The notes under the pieces were generated by a model. That model was not told the origin of the DNA, ran no database searches, and worked only from the letters and a program-made list of their open reading frames with translations. From positions 44,335 to 108,334 of the forward strand of contig CAYWEW010000002.1 in the NCBI GenBank assembly GCA_964457775.1: DNA of 64,000 nt, written 5' to 3'. The translations under genes and the position numbers were made by a program. Source of the stretch: an uncultured Candidatus Saccharibacteria bacterium. GTDB taxonomy: Bacteria > Patescibacteriota > Minisyncoccia > Phycocordibacterales > UBA5272. This document shows positions 9,264 to 19,448 of this stretch, piece by piece (the stretch's first letter is position 1; each line of letters begins with the position of its first letter).

Positions 9264-10667
9264 CTAAATTGCAAGGTTTTCACTAAAATACTTTACTAAA
9301 TCAGCAATTGGAACACGCACTTGTTCCATAGTATCCCTATCACGCACAGTTACAGCATTATCAGTCAAAGTATCGAAATCTACAGTTACACAGTACGGTG
9401 TACCGATTTCGTCCTGTCTACGATATCTTTTACCGATTGATTGAGTATCATCATATTCTACAAAAAACTTTTTAGATAGTGTTTTCCAAATTTCTTTCGC
9501 AGGACCTGACAACTCTTCTTTCTTTGATAATGGCAACACTGCGACTTTAACTGGAGAAAGACGTTTATCGAATTTAAGAACTACACGAGTTTCGTCGTTT
9601 ACGATTTCTTCAGTATAAGCGTTATCAATAAAAGCTAGTGTCATACGTGCTACACCAACTGATGTTTCTACGATATGCGGCACAAATCTTTCTTTTGTCG
9701 CTTCATCAAAATATGACAAATCTGTTCCTGAGAATTTACTATGTTGAGTCAAATCAAAATCCCCCCTTGCATGTATTCCTTCCATTTCTTTAAATCCTCC
9801 CAACATCGCATAATTATATTCAATATCATATGCATCGGACGCATAATGTGCTAGCTTCTCATGTTTGAACCAATTTAATTTATTCTCTGGGATACCATAA
9901 TCAAGGTAAAAATTCCATCTATCCTTGTGCCATCCTTCAAAAATATCCCCTGTTTGTGATGGATGATGAAAGTATTGCATTTCCATTTGCTCGAACTCAC
10001 GGGTACGGAATACGAATTGCTTAGCTACAATTTCATTACGAAAAGCTTTACCAATTTGTGCAATACCAAATGGTAGCTTTGGGTGTAGCGAGTCGATGGT
10101 ATTTTTATATTCCAAATAAATACCACCACATGTTTCTGGTCTAAGATATACAACATTTTCTTCAGACAATGCGTCCGTTGGTGAGCCGAGATTAGACTTC
10201 ACCATAAGTGAGAAGACTTTCGCCTCTGTCACATCTGCACTAGAACAGTTTGGACAAGCAAGTTTTTTGTCGGCTCGCAATTTATCTAATTCTTGATTAA
10301 TAAATTCAAGTGGTTGTTTATCAGCATTAATACCGAAACCTTCAAGAAGATGATCTGCTCGAAAGCGACTCTTACATTTCTTGCAATCTATTTGTGGGTC
10401 ATTGAATCCATCGACGTGCCCGGACGCTTTCCAAGCCATTGGATGCATAAAAATAGCGCTGTCTAACAATACAACGTCCATACGTTCTTGTGCAATACTC
10501 TTTTGCCACGCATTTTTTACGTTATTAAGAAGAAGTGTCCCATAATGTCCATAATCATACACACCAGAGAACCCGCCGTAAATTTCAGATGATGCAAAAA
10601 TAAATCCCCTCCTTTTACAAAGAGAGACTATTGCTTCCATACGAGCTTGAGAGTCATTTGTATTCAT
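9264..10667 (-). CDS. glyQS: glycine--tRNA ligase, homodimeric alpha2 type
   Basis: LRPET, FRNE, REFEQME and IGKRYRRQDEIGTP motifs. Confidence 0.96.
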   Translation of the reverse strand: MNTNDSQARMEAIVSLCKRRGFIFASSEIYGGFSGVYDYGHYGTLLLNNVKNAWQKSIAQERMDVVLLDSAIFMHPMAWKASGHVDGFNDPQIDCKKCKSRFRADHLLEGFGINADKQPLEFINQELDKLRADKKLACPNCSSADVTEAKVFSLMVKSNLGSPTDALSEENVVYLRPETCGGIYLEYKNTIDSLHPKLPFGIAQIGKAFRNEIVAKQFVFRTREFEQMEMQYFHHPSQTGDIFEGWHKDRWNFYLDYGIPENKLNWFKHEKLAHYASDAYDIEYNYAMLGGFKEMEGIHARGDFDLTQHSKFSGTDLSYFDEATKERFVPHIVETSVGVARMTLAFIDNAYTEEIVNDETRVVLKFDKRLSPVKVAVLPLSKKEELSGPAKEIWKTLSKKFFVEYDDTQSIGKRYRRQDEIGTPYCVTVDFDTLTDNAVTVRDRDTMEQVRVPIADLVKYFSENLAI

Positions 10668-10746
10668 ATTTTATAATACTAACATGGATAGATGTTAGAT
10701 TCTAGATATTGTCTTTTTGATAAAATATAAATCTATTTTCTGAAAT

Positions 10747-11007
10747 CTAATTTGTCCCCAATTCTCCAAAAATACTACCGAATAAACTAAGAACACCACC
10801 AACTGAAAGAATTATAAAAAGTCCGACCATCCCCCACAATAAATGGTCTTTACCTGTATTCTTCTCTGCAGGATTTCTCATATCATAAATAAACTTTGCT
10901 ACACCATACAAAAAATAAATAAAAGTTATGGCTGCAACCAATTGATATAGTGGGCTGAAAATTTCAGTAACTATTTTTCCTAATATAACATCAGCATTTT
11001 TTTCCAT
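10747..11007 (-). CDS. VirB2/TrbC-like pilin (CPR T4SS-pilin family)
   Basis: Two hydrophobic helices with GKDHLLWGMVGLFII signature. Confidence 0.7.
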   Translation of the reverse strand: MEKNADVILGKIVTEIFSPLYQLVAAITFIYFLYGVAKFIYDMRNPAEKNTGKDHLLWGMVGLFIILSVGGVLSLFGSIFGELGTN

Positions 11008-11077
11008 ATAATTTTAGTATACCTTAATTGGTGGATAAGAGTTTTAATATGATCTACATAGGTTAGTCATATGTAAA

Positions 11078-11518
11078 CTATTTCATTTTTGGCATTTCAA
11101 GAGCTGGTATACTGCCGCCAACTCCTGTCCCTAAAATGTTGGCCATGAGTCCAATAATTCCCCAAACAGAAACCATAACGAATAGAGCTAGTATAGAATA
11201 ACCCATACCTTTCAACCCCTCTTCTCTTTTTCCTGGACTTTCATCCCCTTTCCAAATATATTGAACCAAATACCAAAAGAACGCTAACAGTCCGAGACCA
11301 ATCATAAGTACACCAAGTCTAGATACAGCTAATTGAGCTAAACCAATAAGTCCAAGAACAGGGCCATTGTTGAATCCTAACCCTTGTGAATTACTAACGC
11401 TGATGGAAAAAGGTTTACCCCCGACAGTGCCACCAACACTTCCTCCGATAACTTGTGCCTGTGCAAGAACAAGACTACTTAGAACTACAATGTACATGCT
11501 GATTATTATTTTTTTCAT
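11078..11518 (-). CDS. VirB2/TrbC-like pilin with signal peptide
   Basis: Signal-like N-terminus; AFFW...GLKGMGYSILALFVMVSVWGI. Confidence 0.7.
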   Translation of the reverse strand: MKKIIISMYIVVLSSLVLAQAQVIGGSVGGTVGGKPFSISVSNSQGLGFNNGPVLGLIGLAQLAVSRLGVLMIGLGLLAFFWYLVQYIWKGDESPGKREEGLKGMGYSILALFVMVSVWGIIGLMANILGTGVGGSIPALEMPKMK

Positions 11519-11647
11519 ATTTATTTAAGTATAACTTAGTTTTTAAAGAGTGTCTAAAATAATAATGTTAGTATCTAGTGTGTTGGTAGTTAGGAAGTGT
11601 ATAGACAAAAAACCCCACATCATGTGGAGTTTTTGTAATATATATAA

Positions 11648-12070
11648 TTATCGATTTGGAGTCGGAATTGCCGGAATTGGAACTGCTCCACCTTGACCGA
11701 TACCTAACATTCCACCTAAAGCTCCGATAATACCCCAAATTGAAACCATTACGAATATTGCAAGAATAGAATAACCCATTCCTTTAATACCGAGATTCTT
11801 TTCATCAGCACTATCTCCTCCTTTTACAATAAACTTAATAAGGAACCAGAAGAATGCAACTACTGCTACACCAACAGCAAAAATACCTAAACGAGAGACG
11901 ATGTCTTGTGCAAGCCCAAGAAGACTAAGTAGTGGTCCGCCATTTACTTGTCCCTGTACAGCGTTTTGTCCGATACTTAAAGTACCCCCATTTACACCAA
12001 TACTCACCTGAGCAGAAGCAATCATAATACTACCTGCAACTAACGAAATTAAAGATAAAGCTTTTTTCAT
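11648..12070 (-). CDS. VirB2/TrbC-like pilin, paralog of 11078..11518
   Basis: Start MKKALSL at 12070; shares NGGP.L.L.GLAQ and KGMGYSILA.FVMVS.WGIIG with its neighbour. Confidence 0.7.
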   Translation of the reverse strand: MKKALSLISLVAGSIMIASAQVSIGVNGGTLSIGQNAVQGQVNGGPLLSLLGLAQDIVSRLGIFAVGVAVVAFFWFLIKFIVKGGDSADEKNLGIKGMGYSILAIFVMVSIWGIIGALGGMLGIGQGGAVPIPAIPTPNR

Positions 12071-12283
12071 ATATATATTATTATCCTTTAAGTATACCTT
12101 GACGTTTGGACTTTGCAAGGATAGATGGGGATAAGGGTAGCATGTAGAAATTATAGCCAAAGAAAAAAGAGAGGCATCCTTACTCGCAGCATCGCGATTA
12201 AGGCAATGTGCGAGAGGAAAACCTCTCTTGTTGTGTCATTTACGTATGACTACGGATTTGATATGGTTGTCTCCAGTTGTTTA

Positions 12284-12613
12284 CTACTTTTCTCCCCATT
12301 TTTTGATTTGATCAATAATCTTTTTGAGCAAAAATACAAGAAAAAAGCCGAGCGCAATAACCATTACTATGCTGAACAAAACTTGAAGACCTTTTTGGTT
12401 GAAATTCAAGATGCGAATATGAGCATTATGCAGAGCATTTCCTGCATTTTGTGCACCATTCCCGATTGCACCTATTACTCCACTCACACCATTCATTATC
12501 CAATCAACCAAAGTAGGAAGAATCATGAGAAATATTGCCAACAGAAGCACGTAACCGAGAGCGGTTCCGAGTTTTTGGGGAAATGTTTTCTCTGCTTTAT
12601 TTTCTCCTGCCAT
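12284..12613 (-). CDS. hypothetical membrane protein (2 TM)
   Basis: SD AGGAG before ATG; two hydrophobic stretches. Confidence 0.65.
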   Translation of the reverse strand: MAGENKAEKTFPQKLGTALGYVLLLAIFLMILPTLVDWIMNGVSGVIGAIGNGAQNAGNALHNAHIRILNFNQKGLQVLFSIVMVIALGFFLVFLLKKIIDQIKKWGEK

Positions 12614-12635
12614 GATGCGTTCTCCTTTCGAGAGA

Positions 12636-13451
12636 TTAGTTTATATTGGCGTAACCACCATTTTTGATGAGGACTAAAACTGGCTTACCTCTGTGCTTAT
12701 CAAGAAACTCGCGACAGAGTGAAACTGTTTCGGTGTTACCTCCAGTGTTACCACATTTGTAATATTTACCTGAGTAAACATCATTTCTGTAGTTGTTGCC
12801 TGAAATATCTTCGACCGCAACAAGGAGCTGATACTTTTCAGCATCAAACTTTTTTACCGCAGTTTCGATTTGGAACAAAGCACAACCAGAGGTTAAATGC
12901 AGGGACTGCCCGGCACCCAATTGCTGAATACTAGCATTTGCAATACCTGTATCCCTCTCTTCAGGTGTAGAACAATTGAACATTGACCCATACACAACTG
13001 TTTTTGAATCAGGTACACTTGCTGACTCATTTACATCTGAAGGTTTTGGCAATAATGAGTTCGTTACTGCTTTTATTACTTGAGGTTGCTCTTGCTTTGA
13101 CGAAAGATAATCAGCAACGAATTTTTGCGTGAACATAAAAACAACACACAAAACAAGAAACAAACCAATATACATAAAAATCTTGTATTCTTCTCTCGTG
13201 AAAAATGGTTCTTTGTCAGATGAGTCGGGCCCTTTACCGCCTCCACCACCTGGCCCACGTGAGCCACCTTTTCCACCACCGCCCGGGCCATCATCACCTG
13301 CTCTTGCAGAAGGTTTGGTTGAATCTGGCGTTTGAGGTGTTTGGGGAATAAAACTTGGAGGCATTTCTGGACTCGCGGCGGCTGCTCTTGTTTCGCTGAT
13401 TTGTTTCAAAAAAGCCTCTTCGTTTGGACTTCTTACGGATTTACCGGACAT
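12636..13451 (-). CDS. hypothetical single-pass membrane protein with Pro/Gly-rich N-terminus
   Basis: SD AAGGAG; low-complexity N-terminus, one TM, Cys-containing C-terminal domain. Confidence 0.7.
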   Translation of the reverse strand: MSGKSVRSPNEEAFLKQISETRAAAASPEMPPSFIPQTPQTPDSTKPSARAGDDGPGGGGKGGSRGPGGGGGKGPDSSDKEPFFTREEYKIFMYIGLFLVLCVVFMFTQKFVADYLSSKQEQPQVIKAVTNSLLPKPSDVNESASVPDSKTVVYGSMFNCSTPEERDTGIANASIQQLGAGQSLHLTSGCALFQIETAVKKFDAEKYQLLVAVEDISGNNYRNDVYSGKYYKCGNTGGNTETVSLCREFLDKHRGKPVLVLIKNGGYANIN

Positions 13452-13565
13452 TTAATTACTCCTTCAAAAAAGTTTTGGAATTTGTTCACATAAACATGTT
13501 AAACAACATCTAAACAAACGCTACACTATATTTATGTAATTGTCAATAAAAGTTTAGCTTTGTTA

Positions 13566-14312
13566 TTATTCTGAACAAACACCATCAGAACCCATAGCTC
13601 CACCTTTTATTTCACAATTACATGTTTCTACAGAACTTCCATTATCAACGCAAGTTTGAAGAGCTGATTTAGTTCCCTTTACTGAATTATTACTACCTGT
13701 GGAACAAGAATTGTCAGTAAGATTCCAAATACCTCCACTTGCTTCACAATTACATGTTTCTACAGAACTTCCATTATCAATACAAGTTTGAAGAGCTGAT
13801 TTAGTTACTCCACCAGTATTATTATTACCTGTAGAATTAGTTACACCTCCAGTATTATTATTACCAGCAGACTGTGCACCATTTTGAGCAGAAGGAACTG
13901 TCCCTGTTCTAAAATTGAAACTTGGTATATCAATAGTAGTTACATCTTTTCCTTGGAATAGAATACTTTGGCCCAGTTTTATTATTCCATAAACAGAGAA
14001 CATAACGAAAAGTGCGATAAGCCCCCATTTCATAAATTCACCACCAACTTGTACCCCTTTTCCATCACCTTGTCTCTTAGCCCAGATGTACTCGATAATG
14101 CCGTAGAAAAAGGCAAGTAAGGCTACTGAAAGAGCAAGTGTGCCTAAAGCTTTTACAACTGTTGAAGTAAATAATTGAATAAGTATCGCAGTTGCCCCTA
14201 TTCCTGTAATTGCGTCCTGCACGGTTACTGTACCTGTTACAGCAAAAGTGACTAGTGGTGTAAGAATTATACTAGTAAAAATGACAGCTTTTATTATAGG
14301 TGATTTTTTCAT
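13566..14312 (-). CDS. VirB2-like pilin with Cys-rich repeated C-terminal extension
   Basis: AFFYGIIEYIWA...FMKWGLIALFVMFSVYGII; two KSALQTC.DNGSSVETCNCE repeats. Confidence 0.7.
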   Translation of the reverse strand: MKKSPIIKAVIFTSIILTPLVTFAVTGTVTVQDAITGIGATAILIQLFTSTVVKALGTLALSVALLAFFYGIIEYIWAKRQGDGKGVQVGGEFMKWGLIALFVMFSVYGIIKLGQSILFQGKDVTTIDIPSFNFRTGTVPSAQNGAQSAGNNNTGGVTNSTGNNNTGGVTKSALQTCIDNGSSVETCNCEASGGIWNLTDNSCSTGSNNSVKGTKSALQTCVDNGSSVETCNCEIKGGAMGSDGVCSE

Positions 14313-14358
14313 AAATATAATTAAAGTGTACACTATAAGGCTTTTAAAATGCAACGAA

Positions 14359-14742
14359 CTACTTTAGTTGAATGTTTGGAATATTAATTGTATTAACTTC
14401 TTTCCCTTGAAAAAGAATACTCTGGCCAAGATTTATAATTCCATAAACTGAGAACATAACAAACAGTGCAATGAGTCCCCAAACCATGAACTTATTCCCA
14501 TCTCCTAGAGCCTTTTCGTCTCCTTTTCTTCTTGCCCAAATATATTCAATAAGTCCATACAAAAATGCTAGCAAACCTAGCGCAAGAAAAAGGCCACTTA
14601 ATGCGCTTATTACACTATTTGTAAAAGTACTAACTAAAGATGCAAAAGTTTCTGAACCAGAACTTATCCCCGCGAAGGAAACTGTTGGGCAAATAATAAA
14701 TAATATAAAAATGATTGCTTGTTTGATGTTATTTTTTTTCAT
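14359..14742 (-). CDS. VirB2-like pilin, paralog of 13566..14312
   Basis: AFLYGLIEYIWA...FMVWGLIALFVMFSVYGII.LGQSILFQGK shared with its neighbour. Confidence 0.7.
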   Translation of the reverse strand: MKKNNIKQAIIFILFIICPTVSFAGISSGSETFASLVSTFTNSVISALSGLFLALGLLAFLYGLIEYIWARRKGDEKALGDGNKFMVWGLIALFVMFSVYGIINLGQSILFQGKEVNTINIPNIQLK

Positions 14743-14753
14743 ATACATTATAT

Positions 14754-15890
14754 TTAAATTATTTTATTAATAAATTTAATATTTTCTTTAATTACTAACT
14801 CAGTTACTGGTATAACCATTGAGGTTGATGGAACTATTTTTTCTACTGACCCTCTAAGCGCAAGAAGGAATCCTTGTATAACAAAAACAACGAATGTTGA
14901 TATAACTGCCCACATAAGTAATTTATGTGTCTTCATTAACTTCTCAGGAGCTCCTTGTGCCAAAACATAATTAAACCCGGTCCACACCCATATAGCAATT
15001 AATGCAGGGTAAATAAAGAACTTTAAAACTAACTTAAGGCCATTCAAAATAAAATCGTACAAACTACAAACGCCGAGCGGGTTAGGTAGTCCAGCAGTAC
15101 CACATGATGTTGGCGTTGGTGCAGTGTTTGAGGTTGATGTTGATACAGGAGTTGGTGTTGGTGTTGGTGTTGGTGCAGGAGTTGGTGTTGGTTGAACTAC
15201 TGCAGGTAACTCTGGCAACAATTCTACGCAATAATTTGTATAACATGCCCCGTTTTTATTATCATCAGTTAAACAAGATCTACCCGTCCCTGCACTTCCA
15301 CCACAATTACCAATCGGGACTTGTGATCCGACAGTCATAATTTCTGAACATTGACTTGATCCAGTGCAAAAACCAGCTTTGTCATCATTAGTTATACAGG
15401 GATTACCTTGTGGCTTATTTGGGCAAGCATTTTTTGCTATTGGGGCTGCATATGCTCGAGTAATTGTCATTTCTGAAGAAATTGACTTTAGGAGTTCAAG
15501 AGGGAAGTCTTTGACACCTAAATACTTAAGCATGGCCATAAATATTCCACCGAATAATGCTACGACAATTATAAAGCCTAATATTGCTTGTGTAACTTTA
15601 CCTATAGCTTCTTTGTAAGCATTAGCATTCCCTTGTGCCAACTGATAATACGCAACAACGAATCTATACATAATAAAAATTACAAGAAGTGGAAGACCGA
15701 GTGCAATAATGGTACTAAAAATACCTTTGAATATTATTGCTAAATCCTTTACCCCACATTTTGTTGCTAAAGTAGAACCACACAAAGTATCTCCTGAAAT
15801 TGATGTTTGAGCATACGCGTCTATTCCATTAAAAGCAACAATAAAGAAAAATACAGTTAGGGTAAGTGTTAAAAAATGGTGACGCTTCAT
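14754..15890 (-). CDS. double VirB2-like pilin-domain membrane protein with Cys-rich and PT-repeat linker
   Basis: Two pilin-like hairpins (QGNA..A..AILGFIIV; AQGAPEKL..LLMWAVI) separated by Cys-rich modules and PTPTPAPTPT. Confidence 0.65.
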   Translation of the reverse strand: MKRHHFLTLTLTVFFFIVAFNGIDAYAQTSISGDTLCGSTLATKCGVKDLAIIFKGIFSTIIALGLPLLVIFIMYRFVVAYYQLAQGNANAYKEAIGKVTQAILGFIIVVALFGGIFMAMLKYLGVKDFPLELLKSISSEMTITRAYAAPIAKNACPNKPQGNPCITNDDKAGFCTGSSQCSEIMTVGSQVPIGNCGGSAGTGRSCLTDDNKNGACYTNYCVELLPELPAVVQPTPTPAPTPTPTPTPVSTSTSNTAPTPTSCGTAGLPNPLGVCSLYDFILNGLKLVLKFFIYPALIAIWVWTGFNYVLAQGAPEKLMKTHKLLMWAVISTFVVFVIQGFLLALRGSVEKIVPSTSMVIPVTELVIKENIKFINKII

Positions 15891-16002
15891 ATGAAAATAG
15901 TATAACAGGGATATTTGTTAGAAACTAGATTATTATTCGTTAGGACGTTCTTCGTTATTAGAATTTTAACTACTAACCCCTAACGACTAACTTCCTAACT
16001 TG

Positions 16003-17304
16003 TTACTTTATTGGAGTATACAGGTCTTGAAGACGAGCCACAAATGAGTTGGCGGCATCGGTTACTCCTTGTCTATTATTTAGAACATCAGAAATCATGA
16101 TTGAAATATAGTTAGTAGATTTATCAGAATAAGTATCATACCAACCACGAGCAACTAGCATACTACTAGCTATTACAGAACTTAACCCTGGAGTTGCAGC
16201 ATAGTTACGAAAAGCAGGTACTCCTCCGACAATTGCTGCAATAGTTGGAGATATACCCCCTCCTGCGAATTGCCCCTCAACAACAAAAGCTACACTTGGA
16301 TTCTTCGAGGTTTTTAAGGTTGCTATACCGTACATACGCATACCTGTAGCAAAAGTATTATTCCCTCTTGATTGAGGAAATCCTGTCATCTCAATCTCAG
16401 CTCTTGGGTTACGAGCGCGCAATGTTTCTAATTCTCCAGAATAACCAATATACATGGCGAGCTTTTCTGATACGAACATATCATCTGCCTTACCTTGAAA
16501 TTCATTCCATGAATAAGTACTTTGTGTTGGGTCAGCAAATTGTGTGAAGAATTGTGTTACTGATGTTAAAGGATAAATACTACTTTCTTCTGTAACAGGC
16601 TCATTCGCAATTACACTCATATACATTTCACCCATTTGATTATACTGAGGAAGTACTGGTATTTGCCCCAACTGACCAACAATTGCCATAATAATATCTT
16701 TAGCATATGGAGTATTCGGTGCACCGAGCGCTATACCTGACTCAGTGAACTGACCCTTGCTATTTTTTTGTGTAAGAACTGGAACCATTTTCACAACATC
16801 GTCCCAATCAGCTGGCGGATTAATAATTGAATGTTTTGAAAATAATGTACGATTATAAAAAAGCACCATTGGTTCAATCGACACAGGAAGAGCGAGCGCT
16901 CCATATGGCGTATAAAAAACAGAAGCGCCTCCTACATAACCATCCTTGAATTCCTTTTCACCTAGTGAAGCGACTGGAATTGGATAAATTCTTGAAGCCT
17001 GTGAAAGTATTGTTTGATATGGTGCCAAAATCAAATCAGGACCATTACCATTGGCAAGAGCCTCTAATAATTTCTGATTAAATACTTCTTCACGAACCTC
17101 CCGATAAACAACACGGTACGTTTTAGCTTGAGGATTGAACTCTTGAACTATTGCATTCATTGGACCTTCTGGTAGTGTTCCCCAAATAAGCACTTCACCT
17201 TGTGGTGTGTCTTTTTTATTTCCAATATCAATTTTACCTGAAAAAATAAGCATCGCGAAAACTGCCGCAAAAATACCAACACCAAGTAAAATTTTGGATA
17301 CCAT
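16003..17304 (-). CDS. membrane-anchored extracellular solute-binding protein (sugar ABC family 1-like)
   Basis: N-terminal TM, IWG, ALANGNGPDL and LFYNRTLF...PP.DWDD motifs. Confidence 0.8.
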   Translation of the reverse strand: MVSKILLGVGIFAAVFAMLIFSGKIDIGNKKDTPQGEVLIWGTLPEGPMNAIVQEFNPQAKTYRVVYREVREEVFNQKLLEALANGNGPDLILAPYQTILSQASRIYPIPVASLGEKEFKDGYVGGASVFYTPYGALALPVSIEPMVLFYNRTLFSKHSIINPPADWDDVVKMVPVLTQKNSKGQFTESGIALGAPNTPYAKDIIMAIVGQLGQIPVLPQYNQMGEMYMSVIANEPVTEESSIYPLTSVTQFFTQFADPTQSTYSWNEFQGKADDMFVSEKLAMYIGYSGELETLRARNPRAEIEMTGFPQSRGNNTFATGMRMYGIATLKTSKNPSVAFVVEGQFAGGGISPTIAAIVGGVPAFRNYAATPGLSSVIASSMLVARGWYDTYSDKSTNYISIMISDVLNNRQGVTDAANSFVARLQDLYTPIK

Positions 17305-17330
17305 ATAAAGATAGTATACAGTACACAATC

Positions 17331-17447
17331 AAAAGTTTTTAAAGTCTAAAGTCAAAAGTGGGGACAAAATACAATGCAAGCACTTCGTGGTTGCATTGTA
17401 TTTACTTTATGGACTTTATAAACTTTACACTTTATGGACTTTTGACT
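17331..17447. repeat. AAAGTC/GACTTT short-unit palindromic intergenic repeat
   Basis: AAAGTC units, central hairpin ATACAATGCAAG..TTGCATTGTAT, then (TTATG)GACTTT units; same family at 32066 and 40424. Confidence 0.65.
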
Positions 17448-17967
17448 AACTAATCGCTATAAATGCATAATGATAACTTCCCGCTTGTAATCTTTTTAGT
17501 ATTCTAAAATTATTATCTACAACCAGCTTTTCTGCATACAACTCATCAATTATATGATCTCTGTGTGGACCAAGACCTCCGTGACTATCGCTCCATTCTA
17601 CAATTAGTAACTGCCCTTCTGGTTTTAAAATTTTTGAAATATGTAAAAGTAGCGAATTAATGTTACCTAATTGAAAAAGTACATTAGACACCACAACCGC
17701 ATCCAAACTATATCCATCAATTGGAATATGTTGCTCAACATCAGCCCAAAGCATATCAACATTTTGTATACCTCTCTTCTCAAGAGTTCCTGCAAGTGTA
17801 TGCAATGCTTCACGGTGTACATCAACCGCATAAACATGACCCATTTCTCCAACTTCTTGTGCAAGAGCAATGGTGTATACACCAGTTCCACAACCAATAT
17901 CTGCGACTCTATCACCTGGTTTCAAATATAATTCACGAATAAGATGTTCTGGAGTTAGGAATGACAT
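17446..17967 (-). CDS. class I SAM-dependent methyltransferase
   Basis: VADIGCGTG, YAVDV and LKPEGQLLIVEW motifs. Confidence 0.9.
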   Translation of the reverse strand: MSFLTPEHLIRELYLKPGDRVADIGCGTGVYTIALAQEVGEMGHVYAVDVHREALHTLAGTLEKRGIQNVDMLWADVEQHIPIDGYSLDAVVVSNVLFQLGNINSLLLHISKILKPEGQLLIVEWSDSHGGLGPHRDHIIDELYAEKLVVDNNFRILKRLQAGSYHYAFIAIS

Positions 17968-18017
17968 ATTAACAGTATATAGTTACTGGTTACTAGTTAC
18001 TAGTGGATACAAGACAA

Positions 18018-18365
18018 TTAGTGTAAATTTTCGCTAGTATTTTTTTCTAAATCCTCTAACGCTTGTTTAGTTAAAACTCTTTTTTCTATTTCTGCTATAA
18101 AGCCAGCATAAGTTTTTACATCCCTGTCAGAGAATAAACCTTTATGTTCCTCCATAGCATCCCTTAATGCCCTTAAATTTTCAGCGGTATATTCTGGAGT
18201 GAATTCAATATTACTTCCTGGTATTTTACCTGGGCTTATTAAACTTTTTGCCTCTTCAACTGTCATAGTTCCAACACCTGGTACAATTATTTTTTCAACT
18301 CCACCATTGTTGCCAACATTATCACTATTTGTAAAATCCAAACTTCTATTTTGTTCCATATTCAT
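18018..18365 (-). CDS. hypothetical protein
   Basis: 115-aa ORF with TATACT just upstream of the start. Confidence 0.6.
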   Translation of the reverse strand: MNMEQNRSLDFTNSDNVGNNGGVEKIIVPGVGTMTVEEAKSLISPGKIPGSNIEFTPEYTAENLRALRDAMEEHKGLFSDRDVKTYAGFIAEIEKRVLTKQALEDLEKNTSENLH

Positions 18366-18503
18366 ATATTAATAGTATACATTAAAACAAAAGAGTAATC
18401 ATTTCGTTATAACTCTAAATTACACACATTTGCAGAATACATTAAAAAAATATAGTATGCATTTGGAGGGAATTTTCCCAGAATCCATAAGGAGGAAGTT
18501 GCT

Positions 18504-19292
18504 ATGAGTAACACAGATCCAAAGTGGCCAAAAAGTATTACCCTGATACGTCACGGTGAATCAGCGTATAACATCTTGCGTCACAAGAAAGAAAATGATG
18601 CTTTGTACCGCGCGTTCAAAAAGGCATTTGAAAAAGACCACACCTCAAAAGAAACGAGGACTCTTGCTGAAAAAGTTCGCATCAAATTCGCTCTAAATGT
18701 TAGCGACTATGATACGCCACTTACTGATGAAGGGTTGCGTCAATCAATAGAAACTGGAAAAGGTATTAGTGAAATTATACCGATACCTGATGTAGTTATT
18801 TGTTCACCATATCTGCGTACAAAACGCACGTTGGATGGAATTAACCTTGGTAGTTATTGGCGAATTGATCCAAAAATAGTAATTATGGATGACCGTGTTC
18901 GCGAACAAGAACATGGCCTATCACTTCTTTACAATGATAAGCGAGTTTTTTACACATTTCACCCCGAGCAAAAAGAGTTGATGGAATTGCTTGGTCCGTA
19001 TTGGTATCAGTATCCACAAGGAGAATCAGTCGCAGAAGTAAGGGACAGAATACGTCTAATGACAGATACAATCATACGCGAATACTCAGGTTTACACGTT
19101 CTCATAATCACACATCATCTGACCATTCTCTCGATACGGGCAAATTTCGAAAGAATGTCTCCAGAACAATTTCTTGAAATCGATGAAAAAGAAAAGCCAA
19201 TCAATTGCGGGGTTACTATGTATAAATGTAATCCAAATAAAGGAAAGAAAGGAAGGCTTGAACTTGAATTCTATAACAAACGTTTTTATTGA
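18504..19292 (+). CDS. histidine phosphatase family protein (phosphoglycerate mutase-like)
   Basis: RHGES, SPYLRT, REQEHG, PQGES and THH motifs; SD TAAGGAGG. Confidence 0.9.
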   Translation: MSNTDPKWPKSITLIRHGESAYNILRHKKENDALYRAFKKAFEKDHTSKETRTLAEKVRIKFALNVSDYDTPLTDEGLRQSIETGKGISEIIPIPDVVICSPYLRTKRTLDGINLGSYWRIDPKIVIMDDRVREQEHGLSLLYNDKRVFYTFHPEQKELMELLGPYWYQYPQGESVAEVRDRIRLMTDTIIREYSGLHVLIITHHLTILSIRANFERMSPEQFLEIDEKEKPINCGVTMYKCNPNKGKKGRLELEFYNKRFY

Positions 19293-19448
19293 GATCATCT
19301 TGATTCATTATCGCTACCAAATAGGTAGCGATTTCTTTTTGTTGCAATGTTTATTTTTAAAATCTCTAATTTTTAATTACTAGAAATAAAAAAGCCACCA
19401 AGAAAATCATGTTCTCTGGTGGCAAACTTTACGTTTTATTAAAATTAT

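Noticed and set aside
12125-12667. 180-aa plus-strand ORF
   Set aside because: Antisense to SD-led minus-strand genes in a uniformly minus-strand region.
10747-15890. Conjugative element or complete T4SS
   Set aside because: No relaxase, coupling protein, VirB4, integrase or boundary repeats in the window; only pilin-like subunits.
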